Shown piece after piece: positions 56,620 to 64,000 of a stretch of DNA of 64,000 nt. Below the pieces are notes generated by a model. The model was not told the DNA's origin. It did not search any database and worked only from the letters and a program-made list of their open reading frames with translations. Source of the DNA: an uncultured Gemmatimonadales bacterium (GTDB taxonomy: Bacteria > Gemmatimonadota > Gemmatimonadetes > Longimicrobiales > Gaopeijiaceae); assembly GCA_963740595.1 (NCBI GenBank), contig CAVUEU010000004.1, positions 201,777-265,776 of the forward strand. The letters are read 5' to 3'. A program made the translations under genes and the position numbers. Each line of letters opens with the position of its first letter. Within the stretch, counting starts at the first letter, position 1.

Positions 56620-57225
56620 GTCGCCGCCGCTCGGTCAGCTCGCCACCACGGATGGCGTCACCCTCATGGAGGCATGCTCCCCTCACGCCTTCTCTCCCGG
56701 GGACAAGCTCGAGCTCATCGACCTCCGGCAGCGGATCGCCGCCGGCGCCCGCCCTCTGGACCGCGATGCCCTGCAGGAGTGGGACATCGAGATCCGGGCG
56801 ACTGGTGGCGAACGTCAACTCCGCCGGGCGGGCAGAGCGCATCAAGGAGCTCCTGATGGCGGCCTGCCCCGGAGCCCGGCATCTCGGCACCGTGATCGAG
56901 ACCCCGGAAGAGGCCATGCTCGCCGTCGCCGAGCGTGGGATGGGCGGGGAGCCGGCGGTCGATCCGGCGACGTCCGACCCCGAAGTCCGCGTGGGCTCGC
57001 GGAGATGACCGCCAAGCACTACGAGGGCTGGATCCGGTCCCCGATCCCGGCCCTCGGTGGTCTCACTCCGCTGGAGGCGGTGCGCGACCGCGACGGACGA
57101 GAGAAGGTGGAGACCCTCGTCCGCCAACTCGAGCGGCACGGCCGGACCATGGAGCCCTCCCATGGACGTCGCCGTCATCCGGAGGCTGCGGGAGAACCTC
57201 GGGCTGCAGGAGCCGGCCCCGTGAT
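56620..57225 (+). pseudogene. frameshifted remnant of a conserved hypothetical gene (contains W-x3-IPALGG-x-TP-x-EA helical module)
   Basis: Protein-like segments are scattered over three + frames. They are ...SPGDKLELIDLRQRIAAGARPLDRDALQEWDI..., then ...AERIKELLMAACPGARHLGTVIETPEEAMLAVAERG..., then ...KHYEGWIRSPIPALGGLTPLEAVRDRDGREKVETLVRQLERH..., then ...MDVAVIRRLRENLGLQEPAP*. The module resembles C-terminal regions of MbcA/ParS-type (DUF2384-like) proteins, but the family is not verified. Confidence 0.35.
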
Positions 57226-57633
57226 CGGCGGTAACGACCCGACGATCGGGAAACGCAGCGATGGTCCTGGTCGCGCTCGAGCCAGTTGAGACGCAGGCTC
57301 TCCACGAGGATCGCGGCCACGGGATGGTCCTGGGCCTCGGAGCCGTCCTGCTCACCATCATCGCCACGCGGCAGGTCGTCGTTCCCGGCCTGGCCGTCGG
57401 CTGGATGGCGTCGCCGCGCACCTGGCTCGTCGCCTCCATCGTTCATCGCAGCCCTCGCCGTTCTCCACCGCCTGCGCCCGCACCACGCCAGGAGACTGGT
57501 GGACACGCTCCGCGGCGCATGGCACGTGTTTCGACACCACACGCCCGACGAGCTGCTCATGACCACCGTGTGGACCGTGGCGAGCTTCGGCAGCCGCGCC
57601 GCCCGACCGCGACCTTCGACGCCGACCGTAAAA

Positions 57634-57688
57634 ACAACTTGACACTATCCGCAGGTTGTTACATCCCTTGCTGGAGATGTCGGATAAT
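57634..57688 (+). promoter_or_regulatory. AT-richer patch with candidate promoter TTACAT-18 nt-GATAAT and AACAAC/GTTGTT inverted repeat upstream of the membrane-protein/HTH pair
   Basis: TTACAT lies at 57659-57664 and GATAAT at 57683-57688. TTGACA lies at 57639-57644. The inverted repeat AACAAC...GTTGTT flanks 57634-57660. A GAGGG RBS sits 6 nt before ATG 57716. This is pattern recognition only. Confidence 0.3.
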
Positions 57689-57715
57689 TTTTACATCAAG
57701 TCGCGAGGGCAGACC

Positions 57716-58129
57716 ATGAGTCTGACATTCCGGGAAAAGAGCCTGTGGCTCGTGATGGGCGGCCTGGTGGCGGTCTACGGGCTCTACTTCATGTGGGTCC
57801 TTCCGGCGCACGGGCCGACGGTGCTTCCGCAGCAGGTGGCCACCTTCGTCGCGGCGGTGGTCCTGTTGGTGGTCGTGCAGGTCGTGGGTCATACCGTCCT
57901 GGCGATCCTGGACCGGCGGACCGAGACGGACGAGCGGGACCGGGCGATCACGCTCCGGGGTGCGCGGAACGGCTCTCTGGTTCTGGCGACGGGGGTTTTC
58001 GTGGCGATCTGCGTGTCGCTGGTCTCAGAAGGCAACTTCCTGTTCACGCACGTCATGCTGGCGTTCTGGGTGCTCGCAGAGCTGGTAGACATCGGATCGC
58101 AGCTGGTTCTCTACCGGCGGTGGGCGTGA
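57716..58129 (+). CDS. small 4-TM membrane protein (DUF2178-like), partner of the downstream HTH regulator
   Basis: MSLTFREKSLWLVMGGLVAVYGLYFMWVL... has four hydrophobic helices with a DERD-containing loop. Its stop is 1 nt before the next ATG. This membrane-protein/small-XRE arrangement is a recurrent gene pair. Confidence 0.65.
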   Translation: MSLTFREKSLWLVMGGLVAVYGLYFMWVLPAHGPTVLPQQVATFVAAVVLLVVVQVVGHTVLAILDRRTETDERDRAITLRGARNGSLVLATGVFVAICVSLVSEGNFLFTHVMLAFWVLAELVDIGSQLVLYRRWA

Positions 58130-58130
58130 G

Positions 58131-58361
58131 ATGGGTAAGGGAGAGAACCACATCGCCAACGAGATCCGGGCGCTGCGAGGCAAGCACGGGTCGCTGACGC
58201 AACAGGAGCTGGCGGATCGTGTGGGTGTGACCCGGCAGACGATCAACGCGATCGAGGGCAACAAGTACTCGCCTTCTCTCGAGGTGGCGTTCCGGATCGC
58301 GGAAGTGCTCGGGGAGCCGTTGGAAGCCGTGTTCCAGTTCAAACGAGCCCTCCGCCCCTAG
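58131..58361 (+). CDS. XRE-family (YozG-like) helix-turn-helix transcriptional regulator, 76 aa
   Basis: IRALRGKHGSLTQQELADRVGVTRQTINAIEGNKYSPSLEVAFRIAEVLGEPLEAVFQF is a textbook Cro/C1-type HTH. Confidence 0.85.
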   Translation: MGKGENHIANEIRALRGKHGSLTQQELADRVGVTRQTINAIEGNKYSPSLEVAFRIAEVLGEPLEAVFQFKRALRP

Positions 58362-58800
58362 TGTAGTTTCAGCGCGTTGCTGCCGCCGTGGGTCGCCGCC
58401 CGCCCTTCCGCCCATGCCCAGCGTCGGATAGACCTCCCATCCGAATCCGTAGAAGGTGCCGGGGCCGGTGGCACCACCTCGCTGGTGAGTTCGCGAGCCG
58501 TCTCGGTCCTCGGGAGCGACTGGTGACCCGCATCGGCGGCCAGGGCCCAGCGCACGAAACGCGCCCAGTCAGCGATGGACATATGCAAGCCGCCGGCGGG
58601 GTTGTATACCGGCGGATTGTCCGCCGACACGACGGGCTCCACCGGCGCGTGGCTGTTCAGCGTGTAATGCCACACCGGGTCGGTGGCCCTGAAGTCCGCG
58701 TTGGCCATCGAGGACGACGCGCCGCCCCCCACGAGGAGCGTGAGTCGCCGCCCGGCCGGCGCGAAGGCATGGCAGGGCCTTCGGTGTGACGCCCCCGGCC
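58358..58800 (-). pseudogene. C-terminal remnant of a beta-lactamase-family serine hydrolase (frameshifted, N-terminus missing)
   Basis: ...NPPVYNPAGGLHMSIADWARFVRWALAA... is the 'aGGl-st--Dla-f' region of class-C-like hydrolases. The downstream GTFYGFGWEV and THGGSN motifs are split between two frames. There is no SxxK-containing N-terminal half. Confidence 0.5.
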
Positions 58801-58868
58801 GCTGGCGTTGGCGCACGGACGGGCGTGGCGCCAGAATCGTGATAGTGACCCCAACGCGGAGGAGCCAC

Positions 58869-59066
58869 ATGGGACTCTTCGGACGATCCCGTAAGTCCGG
58901 CGAACGGAAGCCTGGGGGCAGCCCCCGGTGCATGGAGTGTGGAATGGCGGGAGGGGAGCACACGGACTGGTGTCCGGCTGAACCAAAGGAGGAGCCGAAC
59001 GTCCCGTCCGGCAGGTCCCTGGAGAGATACCCGGAGGCCGAAGGCCTGAAGGAGTCGGACCCCTAG
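58869..59066 (+). CDS. possible small protein (65 aa) with Cys/His cluster
   Basis: GGAGG then ATG 58869 gives MGLFGRSRKSGERKPGGSPRCMECGMAGGEHTDWCPAEPKEEPN... It is short with no recognisable family, so this is speculative. Confidence 0.3.
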   Translation: MGLFGRSRKSGERKPGGSPRCMECGMAGGEHTDWCPAEPKEEPNVPSGRSLERYPEAEGLKESDP

Positions 59067-59225
59067 CCTCGTCACGTCGGAGAGCGTCACAGCCCCTTCG
59101 GTGCGGAAGCGCCTTTCGGACTGAAAGCGACGATCACGTGCCGTCCGACCAGATCGGACGCCCTCGCTCGAGCAGCCGGCAGAACCGAGTCCCCTCGCCG
59201 TCCGGCGGGGGGCGGTCGGTTCGGC

Positions 59226-59737
59226 TCACCGGTCCACGAGTTGAGCTCGGAGCGGATGGTCCTTGGATCTCTCGACCTCCTCGACGAACTGCCGCATCTC
59301 TGCGAGCACCGACGTTCGATGCTTGCCGCGGTCGACGCCCGCGAACCATCCGTGCAGGGCGAACTGGTCCAGCTCCCGGTCGCTCCTGCGCATCTCGAGC
59401 TGATGCCCCAGCAGTGCAGCGCGCCCCGATGCGTCCACGACCAAGTCGGCCGGCACGTGCAGGTCGTTTCCCCCGGCGTCGACCAGGACGCCTGTGGCCT
59501 TTTCGCCTTCGAACACCACCTGACGCACCTGGGCTCCAGCCAGGATCCGGCAGCCGAGCCCCTCGGCGTACTTCATGAGCATCAGGTCGAATCTGGAACG
59601 CTCCGCGTGATAGGTGTGGTCCTGGAGCACACCCTCCTGCGGGAACTCCCGATACGCGATGTCGATCTGGCCACCCCCGGGAGGGTGATAGGCTACAGGC
59701 CCGCCGGGCCCGCACCCACGATGACGACGTTGGACAT
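59226..59737 (-). pseudogene. remnant of an FAD-dependent oxidoreductase (halogenase/geranylgeranyl-reductase-like), frameshifted and internally deleted
   Basis: ATG 59737 gives MSNVVIVGAGPAG (a GxGxxG dinucleotide fold). The frame then changes to ...HAERSRFDLMLMKYAEGLGCRILAGAQVRQVVFEGEKATGVLVDAGGNDLHVPADLVVDASGRAALLG... Only ~35 aa separate these blocks where ~90 are expected. The C-terminal half is missing. Confidence 0.5.
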
Positions 59738-59828
59738 CGGAAGCCCTCCGAGCGGCTCGCCCTGTAGGCGGTTTCGGTCGTGCGTGTCCAGAGCCGGCAA
59801 GGTAAGGATTTGGCGGTTGGTGTTGTAG

Positions 59829-60149
59829 CGCTCCCACCTTCTGCAGGGCACCGTCGACGTCCTCATCCTCCGCGCCCTGGCGTCGGAGCCGATGCACGGC
59901 TACGCCATCTCGCGGTGGCTCGACGACCGCAGCGACGGCGTGCTCATCGTCGACGGCGCTGCGCTCTACCAGGCGCTGCACCGTCTCGAGAACCGTAAGC
60001 TCGTTGCCGCATCGTGGGGCGTGTCGGAGAACAACCGCAAGGCGAAGTTCTATCGACTCACCACGCACGGGCGTACGCGGATGCGCGCGGAGTCCGACGT
60101 CTGGCGTCGTTACGCCGACGCCGTGGCGCGCGTCTTGAGTCCCGCCTGA
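59829..60149 (+). CDS. PadR-family regulator lacking a recognisable start codon (possibly inactivated)
   Basis: LLQGTVDVLILRALASEPMHGYAISRWLDDRSDGVLIVDGAALYQALHRLENRKLVAASWGVSENNRKAKFYRLT is a full PadR core. An in-frame TAG sits at 59826-59828, only 4 codons before LLQGT. There is no ATG/GTG/TTG in between, only CTG 59841. Confidence 0.6.
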   Translation, partial: RSHLLQGTVDVLILRALASEPMHGYAISRWLDDRSDGVLIVDGAALYQALHRLENRKLVAASWGVSENNRKAKFYRLTTHGRTRMRAESDVWRRYADAVARVLSPA

Positions 60150-60160
60150 GAGCGCCGGCC

Positions 60161-61850
60161 ATGCCCGACAGAACGCACCGCCGCTTCCGTCTCCCGTGGC
60201 GATCGCGCGGCGCCCTCAGCCGCGACCTCGACGACGAGCTGGCCCTTCATCTCGATGCCCGTGTCGCCGATCTGGTAGCCGCGGGAGTGGACCCGGACAC
60301 GGCACGCCGCCAGGCGATCGAGGAATTCGGCGACATCGACTTCACGCGCCGCTACTGCCGCGACCTCGACCGGCGCACGGAGCGCGAAGCGCGCCTCTCC
60401 GATGTGCTCTCGGCGTGGCGACAGGACACGCGGTTCGCCTGGCGCTCGCTCCGGCACAACCCGGGCTTCGCCTCCGTCACCGTTCTCACGCTCGCCCTCG
60501 CCATCGGGGCGAACACCGCCGTCTTCAGCGTCGCCCGGGCCGTCCTGCTCCGGCCGTTGCCCTTCGCCGACCCGGGTGCCCTGGTGGGCCTGTATTCGAC
60601 GCCGGTGGACCATCCCGAGAGCCATTGGGATCTCTCGGCGCCCGACCTCGCCGACTATCGCGCACGTCTGCACACCCTGGCCGGCATCGACGACGCGACG
60701 GCGGCCTCCGCGGAGACGGCGATCCTGTCCTACGGGTTCTGGCGACGGGCCATGGGAGGCGACCCGGCTGCCGTCGGACGCACGATCACGCTGTACGACA
60801 AGCCGTACACGGTGATCGGCATCATGCCGCGAGGGTTCACCATCACGGGACGGGAGGACCTGTGGCTGCCGCTCGACCTCAGCGGCGACCTCGCGAACGC
60901 GGACGTCACACGCAAGCAGCACGTCTACCGGGCCATCGCGCCGCTCGAGTCGGGCGTCTCCGTCGAAGCGGCACGCGCCGACGCGCATGCCATCGCGCGT
61001 TCGCTCCAGCAGGAATACCCGGTGGCCGACGCCCAGTACCTCGCCACGATCGTGCCGCTGCACGAGTCGCTCACCGCAAGGGTGCAGGAGCCGCTTCTGC
61101 TCCTGCTCGCGGCCGCGCTACTCGTGCTCCTCATCGCCTGCGCCAACCTCGCCAACCTCACCCTGGCACGCACGCTGAACCGCACCGGCGAGATCGCCGT
61201 GCGGGCCGCCCTCGGCGCCGGCCGCGGGCGGCTGGCGCGACAGTCCTTCACCGAGTCGCTTATCTGTCGACGATGGGTGAAGGCTCAGGGCCGCGGCACC
61301 ACCGGCGGCCGGGCCGGCGCGCGCCTGCGCCGCACTCTGGTCGTCGCCCAGGTAGCGCTGGCGGTGATCCTGCTGGTCGGTGCCGGCCTGCTCACGCGCA
61401 GCTTCCGCGAGCTCGCGCGCGTGCCGCTGGGTTTCGATCCCGATCACGTCACGGCGCAGGTGCGGCTGGACGGTGACCGATACGACTCGGAATCGGCGCT
61501 CAACCAGTTCTTGGACGGCGTGCTCGGTGACATCGCGGCAGCGCCCGGCGTGGTGTCGGCCGGGGCGGTGATGGGGCTCCCGACGCAGGGGGGGCCCAAT
61601 AGCGGAATCTCCGTCGAGGGCGTGCCCGGCGATCCGGAGAATCTGCCGTCGATCGGCTATTCGATGGTGCGCGGCGACTACTTCGAGGCGACGAAGATTC
61701 CCATCGTCGCAGGGCGCGCGTTCAATGCGACGGCCACGCCGGATGGGCCGAAGACGGCCGTCGTCAATCAAGCGGCAGCGCCTTCTTCCCCGGAGGGGAC
61801 GCGGTGGGGCGCCGTGTACACATCGGACCGAACCCGAATTCCCGATTCTA
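60161..61850 (+). pseudogene. decayed ADOP-type permease (internal deletions, frameshift ~61775, truncated before second FtsX module)
   Basis: The N-terminus is intact (prefix helix, RHNPGFASVTVLTLALAIGANTAVFSVARAVLLRPLPFADPGALV). The first FtsX bundle is replaced by ...TESLICRRWVKAQGRGTTGG.... '...AVVNQAAA' then continues in another frame as 'FFPGGDAVGRRVHIGPNPNSRF*' and stops at ~61850. About one third of a normal gene is absent. Confidence 0.7.
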
Positions 61851-62006
61851 GGCCCGTATTGCGTTTGCGTGCAAGCGCACTGCGGCCGCCACCGGACGGC
61901 CCTTCACGGCTCTGGCGCCACAGGAAAACGGGAGGAGGCGCTTGCGCCCGCCGTCGGCGGACGAGGCGCGGTAGGAGCGAGCCGTGTCGGAGGCTCGCGG
62001 TACTCG

Positions 62007-63164
62007 TCAGGACCGTCCGAACCGGCGGTGCCAATCTTCGGCGAACAGGTCGAAGTGCAACTCCTCCATGGGGTGCTCACGAATGAAGTCCTCGTCGATC
62101 TCCACGCCCAGGCCGGGCCCTCCCGGGATCGGAAAATATCCGTCTTCGATCTCCGGATATCCCGGCCCCGAGGCCGCCTTCTTCACCCAGGAATCCACGA
62201 AATCGTTGAAGTGCTCCTGGATCGTGAAGTTCGTCGTGCAGGCGGCCAGGTGCAGACAAGCCGCGGTGCTGAGGGGACCGCCGACGTTGTGCGGTGCGAA
62301 GGTCACGTACTGGGCGTCGGCCATGGCCGCGATCTTCTTTCCCTCCAGGAGTCCGCACGACTCCGTGATGTCCGTCTGCAGGACGTCGAGGCATCCGAGC
62401 TCGAGCAGATGCCTCACCTCGTAGCGCGTATGCACACGCTCCCCCGTGGCGATCGGGATGTCGATCTTGGCCGCCGCCTTCGCGAGCATCTCGGCGTTGT
62501 CCGGCGGGACGGGCTCCTCGACCCACGCGGGTCGGAACGGCATCAGCTCACGAGCCATCTCGATGGCGGTCGCGGGGCTGAATCGACCGTGCATCTCCAC
62601 GAGGATGTCCACGTCGGCCCCGACCGCGTCGCGCACGGCTTCCACCAGAGAGATGGCGAGCGTCTTCTGGCTCCGCTCCATCTCGTAGAACCCGGCCCCG
62701 AACGGGTCCAGCTTGAGCGCAAGGTACCCGCGCTCGACCACGCGCCGCGCTGCGGCGTGGAACTCCTGGGGAGTCCGCTCCACGGTGTACCACCCGTTGG
62801 CGTATGCCTTGATACGATCGCGCACCGCCCCGCCGAGAAGGCGGTACACGGGTTGGTCGAGGGCCTTGCCCACGAGGTCCCAGCACGCCATCTCGACCAG
62901 AGCGATGCCCATGCCGGCGATATCGGCGACACGTGCGAAGTCTCCCACGAACATGCGTTGCACGAGGCGCTCGATCTCCATGGGGTCGGAGCCCAGCACG
63001 TACTTCCGCTTGGCGGCGGCGAGATAGGCCAGCACGGACTCGGTGCGGTTCACGCTGCGCGCCTCGGACACGCCCACCAGTCCCTCGTCCGTTTCCAGCT
63101 TCACGAATAAGAGGTTGCGCCAGGGGGTCCCGAGAACCAGCGGTGTCAGGTCGGTGATGATCAT
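62007..63164 (-). CDS. enolase-superfamily sugar-acid dehydratase (mandelate racemase/muconate-lactonizing family, galactonate-dehydratase-like)
   Basis: ATG 63164. MIITDLTPLVLGTPWRNLLFVKLETDEGLVGVSEA..., metal/acid-base motifs ...KLDPFG..., ...ILVEMHGRF..., ...WVEEPVPPDN..., ...ATGERV..., ...DVLQTDIT..., ...FAPHNVGGPL... Confidence 0.85.
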   Translation of the reverse strand: MIITDLTPLVLGTPWRNLLFVKLETDEGLVGVSEARSVNRTESVLAYLAAAKRKYVLGSDPMEIERLVQRMFVGDFARVADIAGMGIALVEMACWDLVGKALDQPVYRLLGGAVRDRIKAYANGWYTVERTPQEFHAAARRVVERGYLALKLDPFGAGFYEMERSQKTLAISLVEAVRDAVGADVDILVEMHGRFSPATAIEMARELMPFRPAWVEEPVPPDNAEMLAKAAAKIDIPIATGERVHTRYEVRHLLELGCLDVLQTDITESCGLLEGKKIAAMADAQYVTFAPHNVGGPLSTAACLHLAACTTNFTIQEHFNDFVDSWVKKAASGPGYPEIEDGYFPIPGGPGLGVEIDEDFIREHPMEELHFDLFAEDWHRRFGRS

Positions 63165-63195
63165 GGCTTCTCCCGGGAATCGGCGTCCAAAGCCG

Positions 63196-64000
63196 TCACA
63201 GCGCGCGGGCGGCGAGATGGCCGCGCTCCGGCGCCCGATCGAGTCGGTTGCGTAGGGGGAGGACGAAGGCATCGGCCTCGATCTCGAACACGTCGCCGGC
63301 CCGGCAGCGGACGCCATCTTGAAAGCTCAGCGTGGCGGTCCCGAAGAGATGGATGTGTGCGTCACCGGGCTGGCGAAACGAATCGTACTTGAAGTGGTGG
63401 TGCTCCAGGTTGGCGAGGGTGTGTGACATGTTCTCCTCGCCGGTGAGGAACTCCTTCTCCCAGATCACCGACCCCTCCCGGCGGACGCGGCTCGTGCCGC
63501 GTACGCCCCGCGGGAGGGGACCGAGCCGCATCTCCGGCCCGACGGCGCACGGTCGGAGCTTGGAGTGGGCCAGGAGCAGGTAGTTCGTCTTCTCCAGGAC
63601 GTGATCCGAGAATTCGTTCGCCAGCGCGAAGCCGAGGCGCCACGGACTCCCGTCCGGCGCGACCACGTACAGACCGGCGACTTCGGGCTCCTCTCCGCCA
63701 TCCAGCGCGAAGGCCGGCATCGTCAGCGGTCGCTCACTCGGCACGAGCGAGCTCCCGAGACCCTTGAAGAACCACTCCGGCTGCTCACCCACCTCGCCCG
63801 GCTCGGGCCGGCCGCCCTGCACACCCGAACGGAACATCTTCATGCTGTCCGTCATGTCTTCCGGCTTCATCGCGTGCATGCGGTTGCGTGCGTCCGCGCT
63901 CCCGAAGTGGGTCAGGCCGGTGCCGCTCACGACGAGATGGGAGGGATCGGGGTGGTCCAGAGGAGGCAGGAGGCGCTCCTCGGCCGCGATCTGGGCCAGC
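63196..64000 (-). CDS. FAH-superfamily protein (GguC-like), 5'-partial (runs off right edge)
   Basis: ...EWFFKGLGSSLVPSERPLTMPAFALDGGEEPEVAGLYVVAPDGSPWRLGFALANEFSDHVLEKTNYLLLAHSKLRPCAVGPE... resembles GguC-type fumarylacetoacetate-hydrolase-family proteins. The frame stays open upstream of the track ATG (63930) to the window end. It sits 31 nt upstream of the dehydratase gene, so the two probably share an operon. Confidence 0.7.
   Translation of the reverse strand, partial: LAQIAAEERLLPPLDHPDPSHLVVSGTGLTHFGSADARNRMHAMKPEDMTDSMKMFRSGVQGGRPEPGEVGEQPEWFFKGLGSSLVPSERPLTMPAFALDGGEEPEVAGLYVVAPDGSPWRLGFALANEFSDHVLEKTNYLLLAHSKLRPCAVGPEMRLGPLPRGVRGTSRVRREGSVIWEKEFLTGEENMSHTLANLEHHHFKYDSFRQPGDAHIHLFGTATLSFQDGVRCRAGDVFEIEADAFVLPLRNRLDRAPERGHLAARAL

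Noticed and set aside
1-64000. CRISPR arrays, rRNA genes, riboswitches, IS elements.
   Set aside because: Reading the intergenic regions, I saw no regularly spaced direct repeats, no rRNA-like conserved stretches, and no terminal inverted repeats flanking a transposase-like ORF. Riboswitches and small RNAs cannot be excluded by eye and would need an Infernal/Rfam scan.

Overview
Very GC-rich bacterial chromosomal segment. The gene content (PadR + ADOP/FtsX-type permease pairs, a SusC/SusD pair, a BNR/sortilin-like protein, long-form HupE) is what I associate with Gemmatimonadota/Acidobacteriota-like soil bacteria, but taxonomy cannot be proven from this window. I support about 40 coding genes and at least 8 decayed gene remnants. 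I recognised no rRNA, intact tRNA, CRISPR array, cas gene, integrase or transposase. Many long ORFs in the track are antisense 'shadow' ORFs typical of high-GC DNA and were discarded. The main candidate for an undescribed system is a tightly coupled operon at 918-7804. It encodes a TPR-CHAT (caspase-fold) protease, then a second CHAT protease fused to a full-length but GTPase-degenerate EF-Tu paralogue, then a translationally coupled 153-aa protein with a glycine-zipper-like hydrophobic hairpin. I read this as a decoy/guard-type conflict (defence or programmed-death) module; that reading is inference. Other observations worth a second look: (1) a 758-aa protein with extreme tryptophan runs, including (TGG)6, followed by a DUF1360-like gene and a small overlapping ORF; (2) tRNA-3'-end-like repeats plus a 19-nt direct repeat bracketing an ~8.7 kb segment that carries a LuxR/STAND regulator and a frameshifted SDR-FAD/ALO oxidase fusion; (3) a 5.5 kb stretch of pseudogene remnants; (4) three PadR-ADOP loci, only one of them intact. 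All domain calls rest on motif recognition by eye and none was verified by a search.
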